64,000 bases of DNA from Armatimonadota bacterium (GCA_013178155.1 JABLXH010000015.1:4233-68232); one strand, 5' to 3'. Positions 1 to 9,733 are shown, counted from the stretch's first letter. Notes: generated from the letters alone by a model not told the origin. Program-made: numbers and translations.

Positions 1-1707
1 GCCGGCCATCTCCCGGACCCACGGGGCAGGCGCGACCACCTCGTTCCACAGTTCCCACGACAGAATCTGCGGGTCCCAGGCGTAACGGGCGATGTAATAG
101 CGCAGGCGCTGCTGGTATAGCTTGCGGGCCTCCGGGTTGGTCCAGAAGTCGGCGGGCCTGGCGCAGGGGCCGCCATTGGCCTGGTTGTAGGGATTCTCGT
201 CCCAGCAGTTCTCACCGAAGTAGCCTCGGGTATCCATGAGTTCGCCGTGGTAGCCCAGACAGAGCATGGGGTGGATGCCATTAGCCCGGGCCTGGTCCAG
301 GACCCAGTCCAGGCGGTAGGCATTGTCCAGGCTGTACTTGCCCAGGCCATAGTACGTGCCACTGCCTCTGCCGGGCAGCCATTCCAGCCCCATGTTCCAG
401 CGGACCAACCAGATGCGGCAATAGTTGCCGCCAGCCTGGCCGAGGGCCGTGAACCATTCCTTGTACTGTGCCGGAGTGCCCCAGCAGACGTTCTCGCCCA
501 CCGCGAAGTACGGGCGACCACTGTCGTACTGCAGGTAGTAGGGCGTGTCCGGGGCGCGGCGGATGAAGCCTGGAGAAGGGCTCGGGACGCAGGCAAAGCT
601 GGCCGGCGCGGAGGTGACGCGGCCCGTACGGTCGCGCACAGTGACGCGCACCGACCAGTCGCCCGTCTCGGTCGGCGCGAAGCGCACCTTCCACACCGGC
701 TCGCCAACGGTCCGCAACCGGCTGAAGGGTTCGGCGCCCCACCACTCATAGGCCTGGTAGAAGAAGCCGGGCACCCGCATCCGCCGCCCGTCTGGACCGG
801 CGAAGCTGGCGGTGACCTCGATGTCCTCGGGGTCAAAGGGGTTGTCGTAGGTGGCGTCGAGGTCGAGCGTCAACTCCAGCTTGCCGTACCGGGGCACGCG
901 GGCAGAGCTAAGCCGCACGGCACGCAGCGCCAGCGGCTCAGCCGAAGTGAGCGGCACCTCGAGGGACTTGGCGATGTCTACCACCCGCTTCCGTTCGGCC
1001 TCGTAATGAGCGGCGGTGAAGGGCCGTAGCGTCAAGCCGAACTCGTAGGTCTGCCCGGCCTTGAGGTTGCGTGTACCGCCGACCGCGAACTGGGCCTCGA
1101 AGACGTCGCCACCGAACTGGCGGTTGTCCTGGAAGGACACGCCGGACAGCCCCTGGCCGTCCGGTACCATCTGCAGCCCGACACCGCTCGGCAGATGCCA
1201 GGCGCACCAGTTCATCCGGGCCGTGCTCGTGATATGGTAAGGATCGGGCAGCGTTGCCGGCAGCCGTGTTTCGGAGATGGCATCCCCATCGTGGATCAAG
1301 AACGACCCCTCGCCGGCGTTGCCGGCCACGGGCAGGTCCACCATGACGACGATGAGCTCGGTCTCCAGGTCGGCGGTGGGGGTGAGGGCCCAGCGGAGGC
1401 GGATTTCCTGAGGTGTGGCCTCCAGGCGCTCGACGAAGGCCACCGGCTTACCTTCGGCGGCGAACTCACCGCGAAAGACGCGACCCCCGTCCTCACTGGT
1501 CTCCTTAACCATCAGGCCGCCGCCGGCATCCTGCACGCCCCAGGCGCCGTTCCAGGCGGGCTTGACCACTCGCACGTGCACACCCTGCCCCACCAGCTTG
1601 CCCCCGAGGGTGACCTGGTCCAGGCCGCCGTAGGGGTTGACCGTGGCCGCCAGTTGCGCGTGGGCAACGGTGGTGGCGAATGACAGCAACCACAGCGCGT
1701 GTCGCAT
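1..1707 (-). CDS. Secreted DUF5060-domain glycoside hydrolase (GH5-like TIM barrel), partial (runs off left edge)
   Basis: Read manually, absent from ORF track. ATG at 1707 overlaps the upstream TGA; begins MRHALWLLSFATTVAHAQ (signal peptide). Contains TYDNPFDPEDIEVTASFAGPDG..VPGFFYQ (DUF5060-like), YFAVGENVCW, GNYCRIW, RYYIARYAWDPQILSWELWNE. Confidence 0.75.
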   Translation of the reverse strand, partial: MRHALWLLSFATTVAHAQLAATVNPYGGLDQVTLGGKLVGQGVHVRVVKPAWNGAWGVQDAGGGLMVKETSEDGGRVFRGEFAAEGKPVAFVERLEATPQEIRLRWALTPTADLETELIVVMVDLPVAGNAGEGSFLIHDGDAISETRLPATLPDPYHITSTARMNWCAWHLPSGVGLQMVPDGQGLSGVSFQDNRQFGGDVFEAQFAVGGTRNLKAGQTYEFGLTLRPFTAAHYEAERKRVVDIAKSLEVPLTSAEPLALRAVRLSSARVPRYGKLELTLDLDATYDNPFDPEDIEVTASFAGPDGRRMRVPGFFYQAYEWWGAEPFSRLRTVGEPVWKVRFAPTETGDWSVRVTVRDRTGRVTSAPASFACVPSPSPGFIRRAPDTPYYLQYDSGRPYFAVGENVCWGTPAQYKEWFTALGQAGGNYCRIWLVRWNMGLEWLPGRGSGTYYGLGKYSLDNAYRLDWVLDQARANGIHPMLCLGYHGELMDTRGYFGENCWDENPYNQANGGPCARPADFWTNPEARKLYQQRLRYYIARYAWDPQILSWELWNEVVAPAPWVREMAG

Positions 1708-2654
1708 CAGGCTCTTCCTCCTTCTGTCGCCTCCCGCCGAACGCGGCGGGCGCGTGCCAGGTAGTCCACCCACGGTTCCAACTGGAACTCCGCGATGATG
1801 TGCTCCATGGTCACGTCATCCCTGAGCGACGCGATGGTGCAGTGGGCTTCCGGGTAGTGGCTCTCAATCTCCAGTCCGGGGCCGTACTTGGCTAGCATCT
1901 GCGGGAACTTGTCCTGGTTCTCCGCGAGATGGAAGAGCACCCGGTCGGTGTTGACGACGGCCGACACGATGGGCGGCAGGTGCCCCCAGCGCACCTGTTC
2001 ATCCTCCTGGCCCGTCGTCGCCAGCACCCCGCCGGCCATGTCCACGATGGTGCTGCGGTTGAGGTCACAGGCGATCAGGTAGAAGCCGTAGTCACGGACC
2101 CACTGCTGCAGCCGTGCACCCCCCATGTACTGCGAGGGCCAGACCACCACGCGGGCTCCGCTGTCAGCCAGCATCTGCCCGACCTCGGGGTAGTTCAGGT
2201 CGAAGCAGACGGCCGCACCGAGACGGCCGAAGTCGGTCTCGAAGGCCGGCGCTTCCGTGCCAGGCAGCACCCCGAGTTCCATCTCCAGGATGGTCGGGTA
2301 TACCTTGTGGTACTTGCCCAGCAGTTGCCCTGCACGATCGTAGAAGGCGACCGTGTTGCGCAGGTGGTCACCCTGGCGTTCCAGCAGCGGCACGCACAGG
2401 TAGGTGCGATGGCGGGCGGCCAGCTCCGCCATACGGTCAGCGGTGGGGCCGGGAATGGTCTCGGCCATGTCTGCCCATTGCTCCACCGGCAGACCGGTAA
2501 CATTGCAGACCTCAGGGAAGGTCACCAGGTCCGGCCGGGCCTGGGCCGCGGTCTCCAGCAATGCGGCCATTCGGTCACGGGTGCGCTCGATCCAGTCGGG
2601 CCCGGGCTCGACCGGGGGCATGGCGATGGCGGTAAGACGAGTTAGCCGGGCCAA
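1707..2654 (-). CDS. Carbon-nitrogen hydrolase (nitrilase/amidase) family protein
   Basis: Glu-Lys-Cys triad motifs FPEV, YHKVYP, VCFDLNYPE; TTG start. Confidence 0.9.
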   Translation of the reverse strand: MARLTRLTAIAMPPVEPGPDWIERTRDRMAALLETAAQARPDLVTFPEVCNVTGLPVEQWADMAETIPGPTADRMAELAARHRTYLCVPLLERQGDHLRNTVAFYDRAGQLLGKYHKVYPTILEMELGVLPGTEAPAFETDFGRLGAAVCFDLNYPEVGQMLADSGARVVVWPSQYMGGARLQQWVRDYGFYLIACDLNRSTIVDMAGGVLATTGQEDEQVRWGHLPPIVSAVVNTDRVLFHLAENQDKFPQMLAKYGPGLEIESHYPEAHCTIASLRDDVTMEHIIAEFQLEPWVDYLARARRVRREATEGGRA

Positions 2655-2765
2655 GGGCGGCTCCTTTGCGCTCGATGATCGGGTGTGTGCGTCCGGACGG
2701 AGGCCCTACGACCGGCATCAGCGACCGAAACCGCGCCCGGCGGGATGCGCCCCTAACGGCTGAGG

Positions 2766-2839
2766 TCGCGGTCTGGTGACCGCTCCTACCGATGCCTCTG
2801 TCCGTGACTCTGATCGCGGTCTGGTGACCGCTCCTACCG
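2766..2839 (-). repeat. Two identical 26-bp GTAG-type REP elements
   Basis: tcgcggtctggtgaccgctcctaccg at 2766-2791 and 2814-2839. Minus strand reads GTAG-GA-GCGGTC-ACCA-GACCGC-GA (GTAG head plus hairpin). One copy overlaps the araD stop codon. Confidence 0.75.
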
Positions 2840-3529
2840 GTTGCCTTGCCCGTAGTAGGCATCTTTGCCGTGTTTGCGGAGGAAGTGCCTGTCCAGTAAC
2901 GCCTGGCTGATCGGACCGGCGTTCGGGTCGAGGCTCTCTGTCGCCAGAGCCATCTGCGCCACCTGCTCCAGGATGATGCTATTCTCCACAGCCCTGGCGG
3001 GCGACGTCCCCCAGGTGAAGGGACCATGCCCGGCGACCAGGACAGCGGGGATCTGCAGCGGGTCCAAACCTGCGAAGGCCGCGACGATGGCCCGGCCCGT
3101 CTCCAGCTCGTAGTCCCCCGCCAGGGCCTCGGGGGTCAAGTCCGCTGTCACGGGCACCGACCCGTAGAAGCTGTCGGCATGAGTGGTCCCGTAGCAGGGC
3201 AAGGCACGCCGGGCCTGGGCCCAGGCAGTGGCGTAAGCCGAGTGGGTATGCGCCACGCCGCGGATGGCCGGAAAGGCACGATACAGCTCCAGATGGGTGG
3301 GCGTATCGGAGGAGGGGCGGAGGTCGCCCTCCACGATGTCGCCCTTCAGGTCCACGATGACCATCTGCTCGGGCTGCATGGCCTCGTAGCTGACCCCGCT
3401 GGGCTTGATGGCGACAAGGCCGTTCTCCGGGTCGAGCCCGCTGACATTGCCCCAGGTGAGGATGACCAGCCCGGAGTCGCGCAGGGCCAGGTTCGCGGCG
3501 CAGACGTCGGCTTTGAGTTGGTCGAGCAT
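2834..3529 (-). CDS. araD: L-ribulose-5-phosphate 4-epimerase
   Basis: TWGNVSG, IKPSG, PSSDTPTHLELY, HTHS, GTTHAD, HGPFTWG, HFLRKHG.DAYYGQ. Start placed at MLDQLK. Confidence 0.95.
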   Translation of the reverse strand: MLDQLKADVCAANLALRDSGLVILTWGNVSGLDPENGLVAIKPSGVSYEAMQPEQMVIVDLKGDIVEGDLRPSSDTPTHLELYRAFPAIRGVAHTHSAYATAWAQARRALPCYGTTHADSFYGSVPVTADLTPEALAGDYELETGRAIVAAFAGLDPLQIPAVLVAGHGPFTWGTSPARAVENSIILEQVAQMALATESLDPNAGPISQALLDRHFLRKHGKDAYYGQGNR

Positions 3530-3640
3530 AGGCAGTGACCTCAGGTTGGACGGCGGGCCGGACAGGTCCGGCCTCTCCACGAGCACGGTGCCATTCTCCC
3601 CCTCCCCGTCCAATAGAGAGAGCCGGGGGGGCGAGGTCTG

Positions 3641-4591
3641 TCAGTACGCGTTCAGGCGGTCCGCCTCGGCGTGCAGCTCAGCCAGCGTCGTGGGCGTCAA
3701 CTCCAGGCCCAGCTTCTCCGCCAGGGCGTAACCGACCTCGATGGTGGTCTCGACCGCACGCCGGCGGCCGCTGGTGCGGTCGGTCACGTCCCATGTGTTG
3801 TGCGTCGGGTTGTGCAGGTACAGCACCGGGTGGTCGCGACGTATCTGGTCGCGGACGCTGGCCTCACAGATGGCCATGGTCTCGTCAAAGCTCAGCTCCG
3901 CCTCGGCGCGGCAGTCGGTCACGGTCCAGGTGTCCGGCGCTCCGGCCGGGATGGGCTCCAGGCCCCGGGTGATGGGGAACTCATAGAGGTCGAGTTCGCC
4001 CGGTGCCAGACGGGACTTGCTGCTGCAGTGGCGCGTATGCGGGAAGGCGCCCCACCAGAGGTGACCGATCTCGTAGCTCGGGTTCCAGCGACCAGGCGCG
4101 GTCACGTAGCACTGCCGAACCCCCAGCTCCGCCAGAATGGGGAAGGTGTAGTCATTGGCCTGGGCACAGCACGCGCCGAAGCTGTCGGCAGCCATGCCCA
4201 TGGACTGCTCCCAGTCATCCTTGGCGAGGCGGATCGCCTCAAGCTGCTCGTCGTAATCATACCAGGTCATGGGCCGAACCCAGTCGTAGTCCTCGGTCGC
4301 TCCCGGCGGCCGGTAGCCGCGCACCTGGAAGTGCAGCGCCTGCCAGCAGCCGTTACGCTCCATCTCCTGCAGGAGCGCTGACTGCCGTCGGGCGACCTCC
4401 GGCTCTGAGCAGAAGCCGAGGCAGTGCTCCAGTCCGCGCTCAGCGAACAGCTCGTACAACCCGCGTACGGCCCGCTCCGCCACGTCCCAGGTCTGGTCCG
4501 GGGAGCCACCGGGCTTCTGCGGTGTCTGGCAGTCCATGAAGTAGAGGAAGAAGAGCTGTCGCCGGTTCTGCTGAGTCTGGGTGGGGCGCAC
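3641..4591 (-). CDS. Polysaccharide deacetylase-like (NodB-type barrel) protein
   Basis: FMDCQ, ALHFQ, LYEFP, PTHNTW motifs; GTG start with GGAG RBS; resembles 8858..9733. Confidence 0.6.
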   Translation of the reverse strand: MRPTQTQQNRRQLFFLYFMDCQTPQKPGGSPDQTWDVAERAVRGLYELFAERGLEHCLGFCSEPEVARRQSALLQEMERNGCWQALHFQVRGYRPPGATEDYDWVRPMTWYDYDEQLEAIRLAKDDWEQSMGMAADSFGACCAQANDYTFPILAELGVRQCYVTAPGRWNPSYEIGHLWWGAFPHTRHCSSKSRLAPGELDLYEFPITRGLEPIPAGAPDTWTVTDCRAEAELSFDETMAICEASVRDQIRRDHPVLYLHNPTHNTWDVTDRTSGRRRAVETTIEVGYALAEKLGLELTPTTLAELHAEADRLNAY

Positions 4592-4686
4592 GTTGCGTCT
4601 CCGTTCGTTTGCGATGGGACCCCTCCGCCTCGCCGCTCTGAGTTCGCTCGCAAGCTCCGTCGCGGGGGGCCCGGGGTGAGGGCGGT

Positions 4687-5802
4687 CTACCACGTCCATT
4701 GCGGGCTGGCATAGGCCACAACCACGCGGATGGGGGGACCGACGCGGTTGCAGACGTTGACCCCATGGGCCTCCAGCACGTTCAGGCCCTCCAGCATCGG
4801 CCAGGTGAAGCCCGCTTCGGTGCGCTGCCACGGGCCCCCATCCAGTCGGTATTCAACATGACTGAAAAAGGGCATGCAGTGCTCGAAGGCCACTTCCAGT
4901 CGTGCCCCATGGTCGTCCCATGATGGGCGCATCGTCGGACGAATAAGGTTGACGGTGGGGTAGAGGTCGGCCTGGTGGGAGCTCAACCTCTGCGCCGCCG
5001 TCGGCTGGAAGTGCGCGATGAAGCTGGGAGGGCAACGCTGATCGAGCCACGTCCAGCCGTTGATGCTCAGACGGGCGTAGTAGTCCATGGCCTGGTGGCG
5101 GCCGAAACGGGTCAAGTTGCGGCCGATGCGCTCCTCGGTCCACGTCTGGTCGCCGGTGAAATCGCGCAGATTCTGGATGGTCTCGCCCCTGGGCAACACG
5201 AAGTGCGGCTCCTCCTGGACCACGTCCACCTCATCGGCGACCCCTGACATCCATGCCTCGTGGATCTCCAGGGCGCTCAGCGGCTCCCCTTCCCACTCGT
5301 AATGACAGTTGAGATCCGGGTCCAGAACGACCCACTTACCGAAGTCGTTGGACCAGGCCTCGGGCAGGGCGTGGCCGACATTCCAGAAGGTGTAGTCGCG
5401 GGGAAAGCCACTGTCGCGAAGCCCAATCCCGATGCGCCGTGCCGGCAGGCCCAGGGCGGTGCAGCACTCGGCGAACACCTGGCCGTAGAACCCGCAGGTG
5501 AAGGGCTCGCCATCGGCCGCCAGACGCAGGATGTCCAGGGCGTCCTTGACCTCGCCCCACCGCTTCCCCCAGCCATGATCCCAGCGCCCCCGCACCCAGC
5601 GTTTGAGCGCCAGGAGCTGTTCCCATTCGCTGTCATAGTCCGCTACCACGCTGTCGAGATGGAACTCCTGGCGCAGGGTGGTCAGCCGCTCGCTCAGGGG
5701 ATCGCCGTAGTCCTCAGGGCTGAAGCGGCCCTCGAAGTCGCGGACATGGTACTCGACAACGCAAAACTCGCCCGGCGTGCGGCGGATGGTGTCCAGGTCC
5801 AT
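4687..5802 (-). CDS. Transglutaminase-like domain protein
   Basis: FTCGFY..ALGLPARRI, GHALPEAWSNDFGKWVVLDPD give a Cys-His-Asp triad. Confidence 0.8.
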   Translation of the reverse strand: MDLDTIRRTPGEFCVVEYHVRDFEGRFSPEDYGDPLSERLTTLRQEFHLDSVVADYDSEWEQLLALKRWVRGRWDHGWGKRWGEVKDALDILRLAADGEPFTCGFYGQVFAECCTALGLPARRIGIGLRDSGFPRDYTFWNVGHALPEAWSNDFGKWVVLDPDLNCHYEWEGEPLSALEIHEAWMSGVADEVDVVQEEPHFVLPRGETIQNLRDFTGDQTWTEERIGRNLTRFGRHQAMDYYARLSINGWTWLDQRCPPSFIAHFQPTAAQRLSSHQADLYPTVNLIRPTMRPSWDDHGARLEVAFEHCMPFFSHVEYRLDGGPWQRTEAGFTWPMLEGLNVLEAHGVNVCNRVGPPIRVVVAYASPQWTW

Positions 5803-5807
5803 GGAGT

Positions 5808-7574
5808 TCAGTCCTTCGGTCTGCCAGAGTACGAGACGGTTAAGGAAAGCGGCTCACCAGCGGACACGTCAACGGTCAGCGCAGTCCAGCCGCCGTCCTC
5901 GTATGACACCGACGCCATCGCTACGGTCTTGCCGCCTGCGGTTGCGGCCTGCGGGGGACGGCCGCAGCAGGGGGGGAGCAGCACGGTCAGTCCCGTGAGG
6001 TCGTCGGGCGCGGTGAGGCTGAAGGTCAGCGTTTCGGTCTCCGCCTCCCAGGCATAGTCACTGATCTGTGTCGCCGCCCGGCTCTCGGTGAACTGGAGCC
6101 ATTCGCGGGCACTGACGCTGGTGAGACCCAGGTCCCGGGCATGGGCCAGGACGCCCCGGAACCAGTCCAGGCAGGGCACCGCGCCGCGGCCGGCCAGGTT
6201 GATGGGGTGGAAGTACGGATGGAAAACGCCGTGGTACTTGCCGGCCAGGTCGTCCATGAGGCGGCGCGACAGCGCCAGGGCCTGCTCCTGGGTCTGCACG
6301 GGCAGCAGCACCTTGGGCGTGCCCGCGCCGTCCTCCATCTGCACCGTGCTTTGCTCGTAGCAGTCCAGTGGCAGGCCCTGGCGGTCGAAGAAGCGAGCCG
6401 GCAGGGCGCTGCCGTTGAGGTAACCGCTCTGGTACCGGTAGCCGTTGCAGAAGTTGGTGTCCAGTCGCAGACCGAGGCCGCTCAGGACGCGGGGGCTCTC
6501 GTCCCAACCGGGGAAGATGATGCAGTGGGTGCGCAGAGCGACCGGCGCGAAGCCGAACTTCCGACGGAAGCGCCCGGTGACGGCACCTACCTCTGCCGCC
6601 CACGCTTCCGGCGTGGGTTGAGAGCCCGTCCACGGGTGGGGTCCGAAGTCATGTCCACGGGCTCGCAGGGCCGCGATGGCCGACGGGTCGAAGGCCTCGA
6701 TCTCGGCTGTCATCATGTAGAGCGTGTACCTGGCTCCGAACTCCTCGACCGTGCTGATGACCAGCTCCAGGTCTTCCCAGGTCATGGCGTCGCCGTCACC
6801 ATCCAGGAAGAGGAGGGCCGGGGCAGCATGGGGGAAGTGCCATAGCCGGGGCAGCGGCGGGCCGTCGGCGGTCAGGCCGCGGATGACGCGCACCAGCAGG
6901 TCACGATGCACATCGGCCTGCGGCACATGGCGCAGGGAGAAGCAGCGCTGGCCCTCGAAGAGGTCGTCCGCGCAGAACTTGCCATCACGGTTGGCGTCCG
7001 GGTCCGTACGATTGGTGGCGAGTTCCGGACGCCCTTGCTGCAGGCGCACCAGCACATCAGCCAGATCATAGGTGAAGACCGCCGCGTTGCCATTCACGGC
7101 CACGGCCGGATAAGCGCTGCGCTCGCCCGCTTGCCCGGCGGTCCAGGCGAGCACCTGTGCCGTCTGATTCGCCCAGACGTGGTTGTGACCGGGGCATTGC
7201 AGGTCGAGCCAGGGAAAGTCGGTCGTCCAGGGATGGCCCGGCTCCACGGCGATGAAGGCATCGCGGGCCACGGCGTAGTTGCCTTGCAGGCGCTGCATCC
7301 CCAGCAGTGGACCCCAGTCACCAGGTGGCTGGAAGACGACGAGCTTGCCACCGCTGGCGAGGCAGTCGGCGGCACGCTGCGACGGTAGCCTCGCGGCCGC
7401 ACCAGCGGAGACGATGGTCACGGCATAGGCCGCGAGTTCAGCATCCGCCACCCGGCTGTCGCAGTAGTGATGGCAATGATACCCCTCGGTAATCAGTGCT
7501 TCCCGTAAGGCCCGATCAAAGACGTGGGCCTCGTCAGGAGCAGTCAGCAGCAGGACCGGCGAGGCAACTGACAT
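5808..7574 (-). CDS. Two-domain protein with C-terminal polysaccharide deacetylase-like barrel
   Basis: DGDGD, GHDFGPHP, LRTHC, LDTNF, YFHP motifs; N-terminal alpha/beta domain; FTYDLA..PQAD..PLPRLWHFP block. Confidence 0.6.
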   Translation of the reverse strand: MSVASPVLLLTAPDEAHVFDRALREALITEGYHCHHYCDSRVADAELAAYAVTIVSAGAAARLPSQRAADCLASGGKLVVFQPPGDWGPLLGMQRLQGNYAVARDAFIAVEPGHPWTTDFPWLDLQCPGHNHVWANQTAQVLAWTAGQAGERSAYPAVAVNGNAAVFTYDLADVLVRLQQGRPELATNRTDPDANRDGKFCADDLFEGQRCFSLRHVPQADVHRDLLVRVIRGLTADGPPLPRLWHFPHAAPALLFLDGDGDAMTWEDLELVISTVEEFGARYTLYMMTAEIEAFDPSAIAALRARGHDFGPHPWTGSQPTPEAWAAEVGAVTGRFRRKFGFAPVALRTHCIIFPGWDESPRVLSGLGLRLDTNFCNGYRYQSGYLNGSALPARFFDRQGLPLDCYEQSTVQMEDGAGTPKVLLPVQTQEQALALSRRLMDDLAGKYHGVFHPYFHPINLAGRGAVPCLDWFRGVLAHARDLGLTSVSAREWLQFTESRAATQISDYAWEAETETLTFSLTAPDDLTGLTVLLPPCCGRPPQAATAGGKTVAMASVSYEDGGWTALTVDVSAGEPLSLTVSYSGRPKD

Positions 7575-7576
7575 GC

Positions 7577-8740
7577 CTAACCTCTGATCAGCGCGACGCC
7601 CTCGCGCACCGCGCCAGTGATGTACTCCAGATCGTCGTCAGTCATCAGCGGATGGATGCTCAGGCAAAACAGACGCTCGCCCGTGAGTTCGCTGACGGGG
7701 ATGGAAGCGGGGTCAAAGCCTAGGGTGGCCAGGTAGGCGTTGTGCTTGTACGTCGGGTTGTTCATGACCACCGTGCCCACGCCGCGCTCGTTTTGCAGCC
7801 AGTCCATCAACTGCTGCCGCTTGCCGGTGGCCCAGTCCTCGGGCACCATGATGGTGTAGCCGTAGTAGACGTGATAGTAGCCTCCGGGCTCCGAGGGAAG
7901 GGTAAGCTCCGGGATGTCGGAGAGGAGTTCCGTCATCTTGTGGGCGCGGTCGCGGCGACGAGCGTTCATCTCATCCAGCCGGCGGAGCTGGATCAGACCC
8001 ACCGCGCCCTGCAGGCGAATCATACGGTAGTTAGTGCCCCATAGCGCTTCCCCGGCCCCGAAGGAGCGATAGGCCCGGCAACGGCGAGCCACCTCATCGT
8101 CATCGGTGGTTACCATGCCCCCCTCGCCCAGTGTGGTCATGTTCTTGCTGGTCTGAAAGGAGAAGATATTCATCCAGCCTGCCTTGCCCACTTTGGTGCC
8201 CTTGTAGCCGCCGCCACAGGCCCGAGCGGCGTCACCGATGACCTTGGCCGGACCGTGTCGCGGGTTGGGGTGAGCCTCGGCCACCGCCTGTAGAGCGTCC
8301 ATGTCGGCGGACAAACCGTTGTTATGCACCGCCAGGATGGCCCGGGTGCGGTCGGTCATGCGCTTCTCGACATCTGCCGGGTCAATGTTCATGGTTGCCG
8401 GGTCTATCTCCGCCATGACCAGCTTGGCGCCCTGGCCGAGGATCGCCAGGTGGGTTGCCGCGTAAGTGATGGCCGGGCTAATGACCTCATCGCCGGGCTC
8501 CAGGTCCAGACACATCATGGAGGCATCCAGGCCGGTGCCGCAGGAGTTGAAGGCGATGGCGTGCTTGACACCACAGTAAGCCGCAAAGGCCTCCTCGAAC
8601 TGGCCAATCTCCGGTCCACCAAAGCCCTTGCGCCAGTCCATGGAATCGCGCATGCAGGCGACAACGGCCTCGATCTCCTCCTCGGTGTACCAGCCGCCCA
8701 GCGGGGGCAGGCTGGGATAGTTGCGATCTGCAGTGGACAT
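7577..8740 (-). CDS. DegT/DnrJ/EryC1/StrS family PLP-dependent sugar aminotransferase
   Basis: FEEAFAAYCG, NSCGTGL, GDAARACG, FSFQTSKNMTTLGEGGMV (PLP Lys intact), GTNYRM. Confidence 0.93.
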   Translation of the reverse strand: MSTADRNYPSLPPLGGWYTEEEIEAVVACMRDSMDWRKGFGGPEIGQFEEAFAAYCGVKHAIAFNSCGTGLDASMMCLDLEPGDEVISPAITYAATHLAILGQGAKLVMAEIDPATMNIDPADVEKRMTDRTRAILAVHNNGLSADMDALQAVAEAHPNPRHGPAKVIGDAARACGGGYKGTKVGKAGWMNIFSFQTSKNMTTLGEGGMVTTDDDEVARRCRAYRSFGAGEALWGTNYRMIRLQGAVGLIQLRRLDEMNARRRDRAHKMTELLSDIPELTLPSEPGGYYHVYYGYTIMVPEDWATGKRQQLMDWLQNERGVGTVVMNNPTYKHNAYLATLGFDPASIPVSELTGERLFCLSIHPLMTDDDLEYITGAVREGVALIRG

Positions 8741-8857
8741 GGTTACCCTCCTGTCGGGCGTGCGTGCGAGACTATACGCCGGTCTGTACCGCGCCGGTGG
8801 GTCGCTGTGGTTGGGAAAGGCACGGCGGCGGGTTCCAGGCCCCTGCTTTAGAGGGCA

Positions 8858-9733
8858 TCACGGCTCCACGGCCGTTCGCACCTCGGCCAACGTGGCCGGC
8901 ACCAGCTCCAGCCCAAGCTCGCTCGCCGTGGCCTCAATGGCGTCGGCGATGAGCTCCAGGTTCTGGCGAAACCGATCGGCCGGATCGTCATAGCGCCGCG
9001 TGTCATGGGTCATGACTACCACGGACTTCAGCCACCAGTCGTGCTCCACCTGCCAGCGCACGTAGTCATGGATGAGCTCGGGCCCCCAGTCCGCGATGCC
9101 GCCAAGCTCCAGGCGCAGGTGCCGCGGGTCACAGGGGGCCTCGCGGTGCGGGCCGACCTCGCCAAGAGCGGCAGCCGTGGGCATATCCAGGAAGCGCTGG
9201 TCCGGCCGGCCCTGGCGCCAGTGTGCGAAAGGCACCTCATTGGCCCACACGGCGCCGACTGACGGGGAGTTGCGACCTGGGAGCATGACGCTCCCCTGCG
9301 TGAAGCCCAGGTCCAGCAGGATGGGGAAGGTCTCCCACGTCGCAGAGAAGCAGCCCGAGCGGTAGCTGGTGGGGACCTGGCCCGTCACCGCCGCAACCCG
9401 CTCCTGGCCCTGGGCGAGCAGTTCGCGCTGCGTCGCTGCCGGCAACTGCCCCAGGTGACGGTCATAGCCTAGATCGGTAGTCTGCGGGTGCATGTGCAGA
9501 CCCAGGTCCGCCCCGGCGGCGCCCAACTCGCGCACCACTTCGGGCAGCCCCTCCGCCAGGCGCGGAATCAGGAACAGGGTGGCCCGGTGCCTTCGGGCTC
9601 CCAGGGCCTGGACATAGCCGCGCATGGAACGTTCGGCCATCGCCCAGCTCTCGGCCCCACCACTGACGGGCGACTCCTCCTGCACGGTCTCGCAGTCCAT
9701 GGTCCAGGTCACGAAGAGGCGGTTGTCCGTCAT
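8858..9733 (-). CDS. Polysaccharide deacetylase family protein
   Basis: WTMDCE, ATLFL, GLHMHP, SYRSG, MTHDT; start at MTDNRLF. Confidence 0.75.
   Translation of the reverse strand: MTDNRLFVTWTMDCETVQEESPVSGGAESWAMAERSMRGYVQALGARRHRATLFLIPRLAEGLPEVVRELGAAGADLGLHMHPQTTDLGYDRHLGQLPAATQRELLAQGQERVAAVTGQVPTSYRSGCFSATWETFPILLDLGFTQGSVMLPGRNSPSVGAVWANEVPFAHWRQGRPDQRFLDMPTAAALGEVGPHREAPCDPRHLRLELGGIADWGPELIHDYVRWQVEHDWWLKSVVVMTHDTRRYDDPADRFRQNLELIADAIEATASELGLELVPATLAEVRTAVEP

Noticed and set aside
2766-2839. Possible mini-CRISPR (26-bp repeat, 22-bp spacer)
   Set aside because: Only two copies, short spacer, no cas genes or leader; the GTAG-plus-hairpin structure fits REP better.
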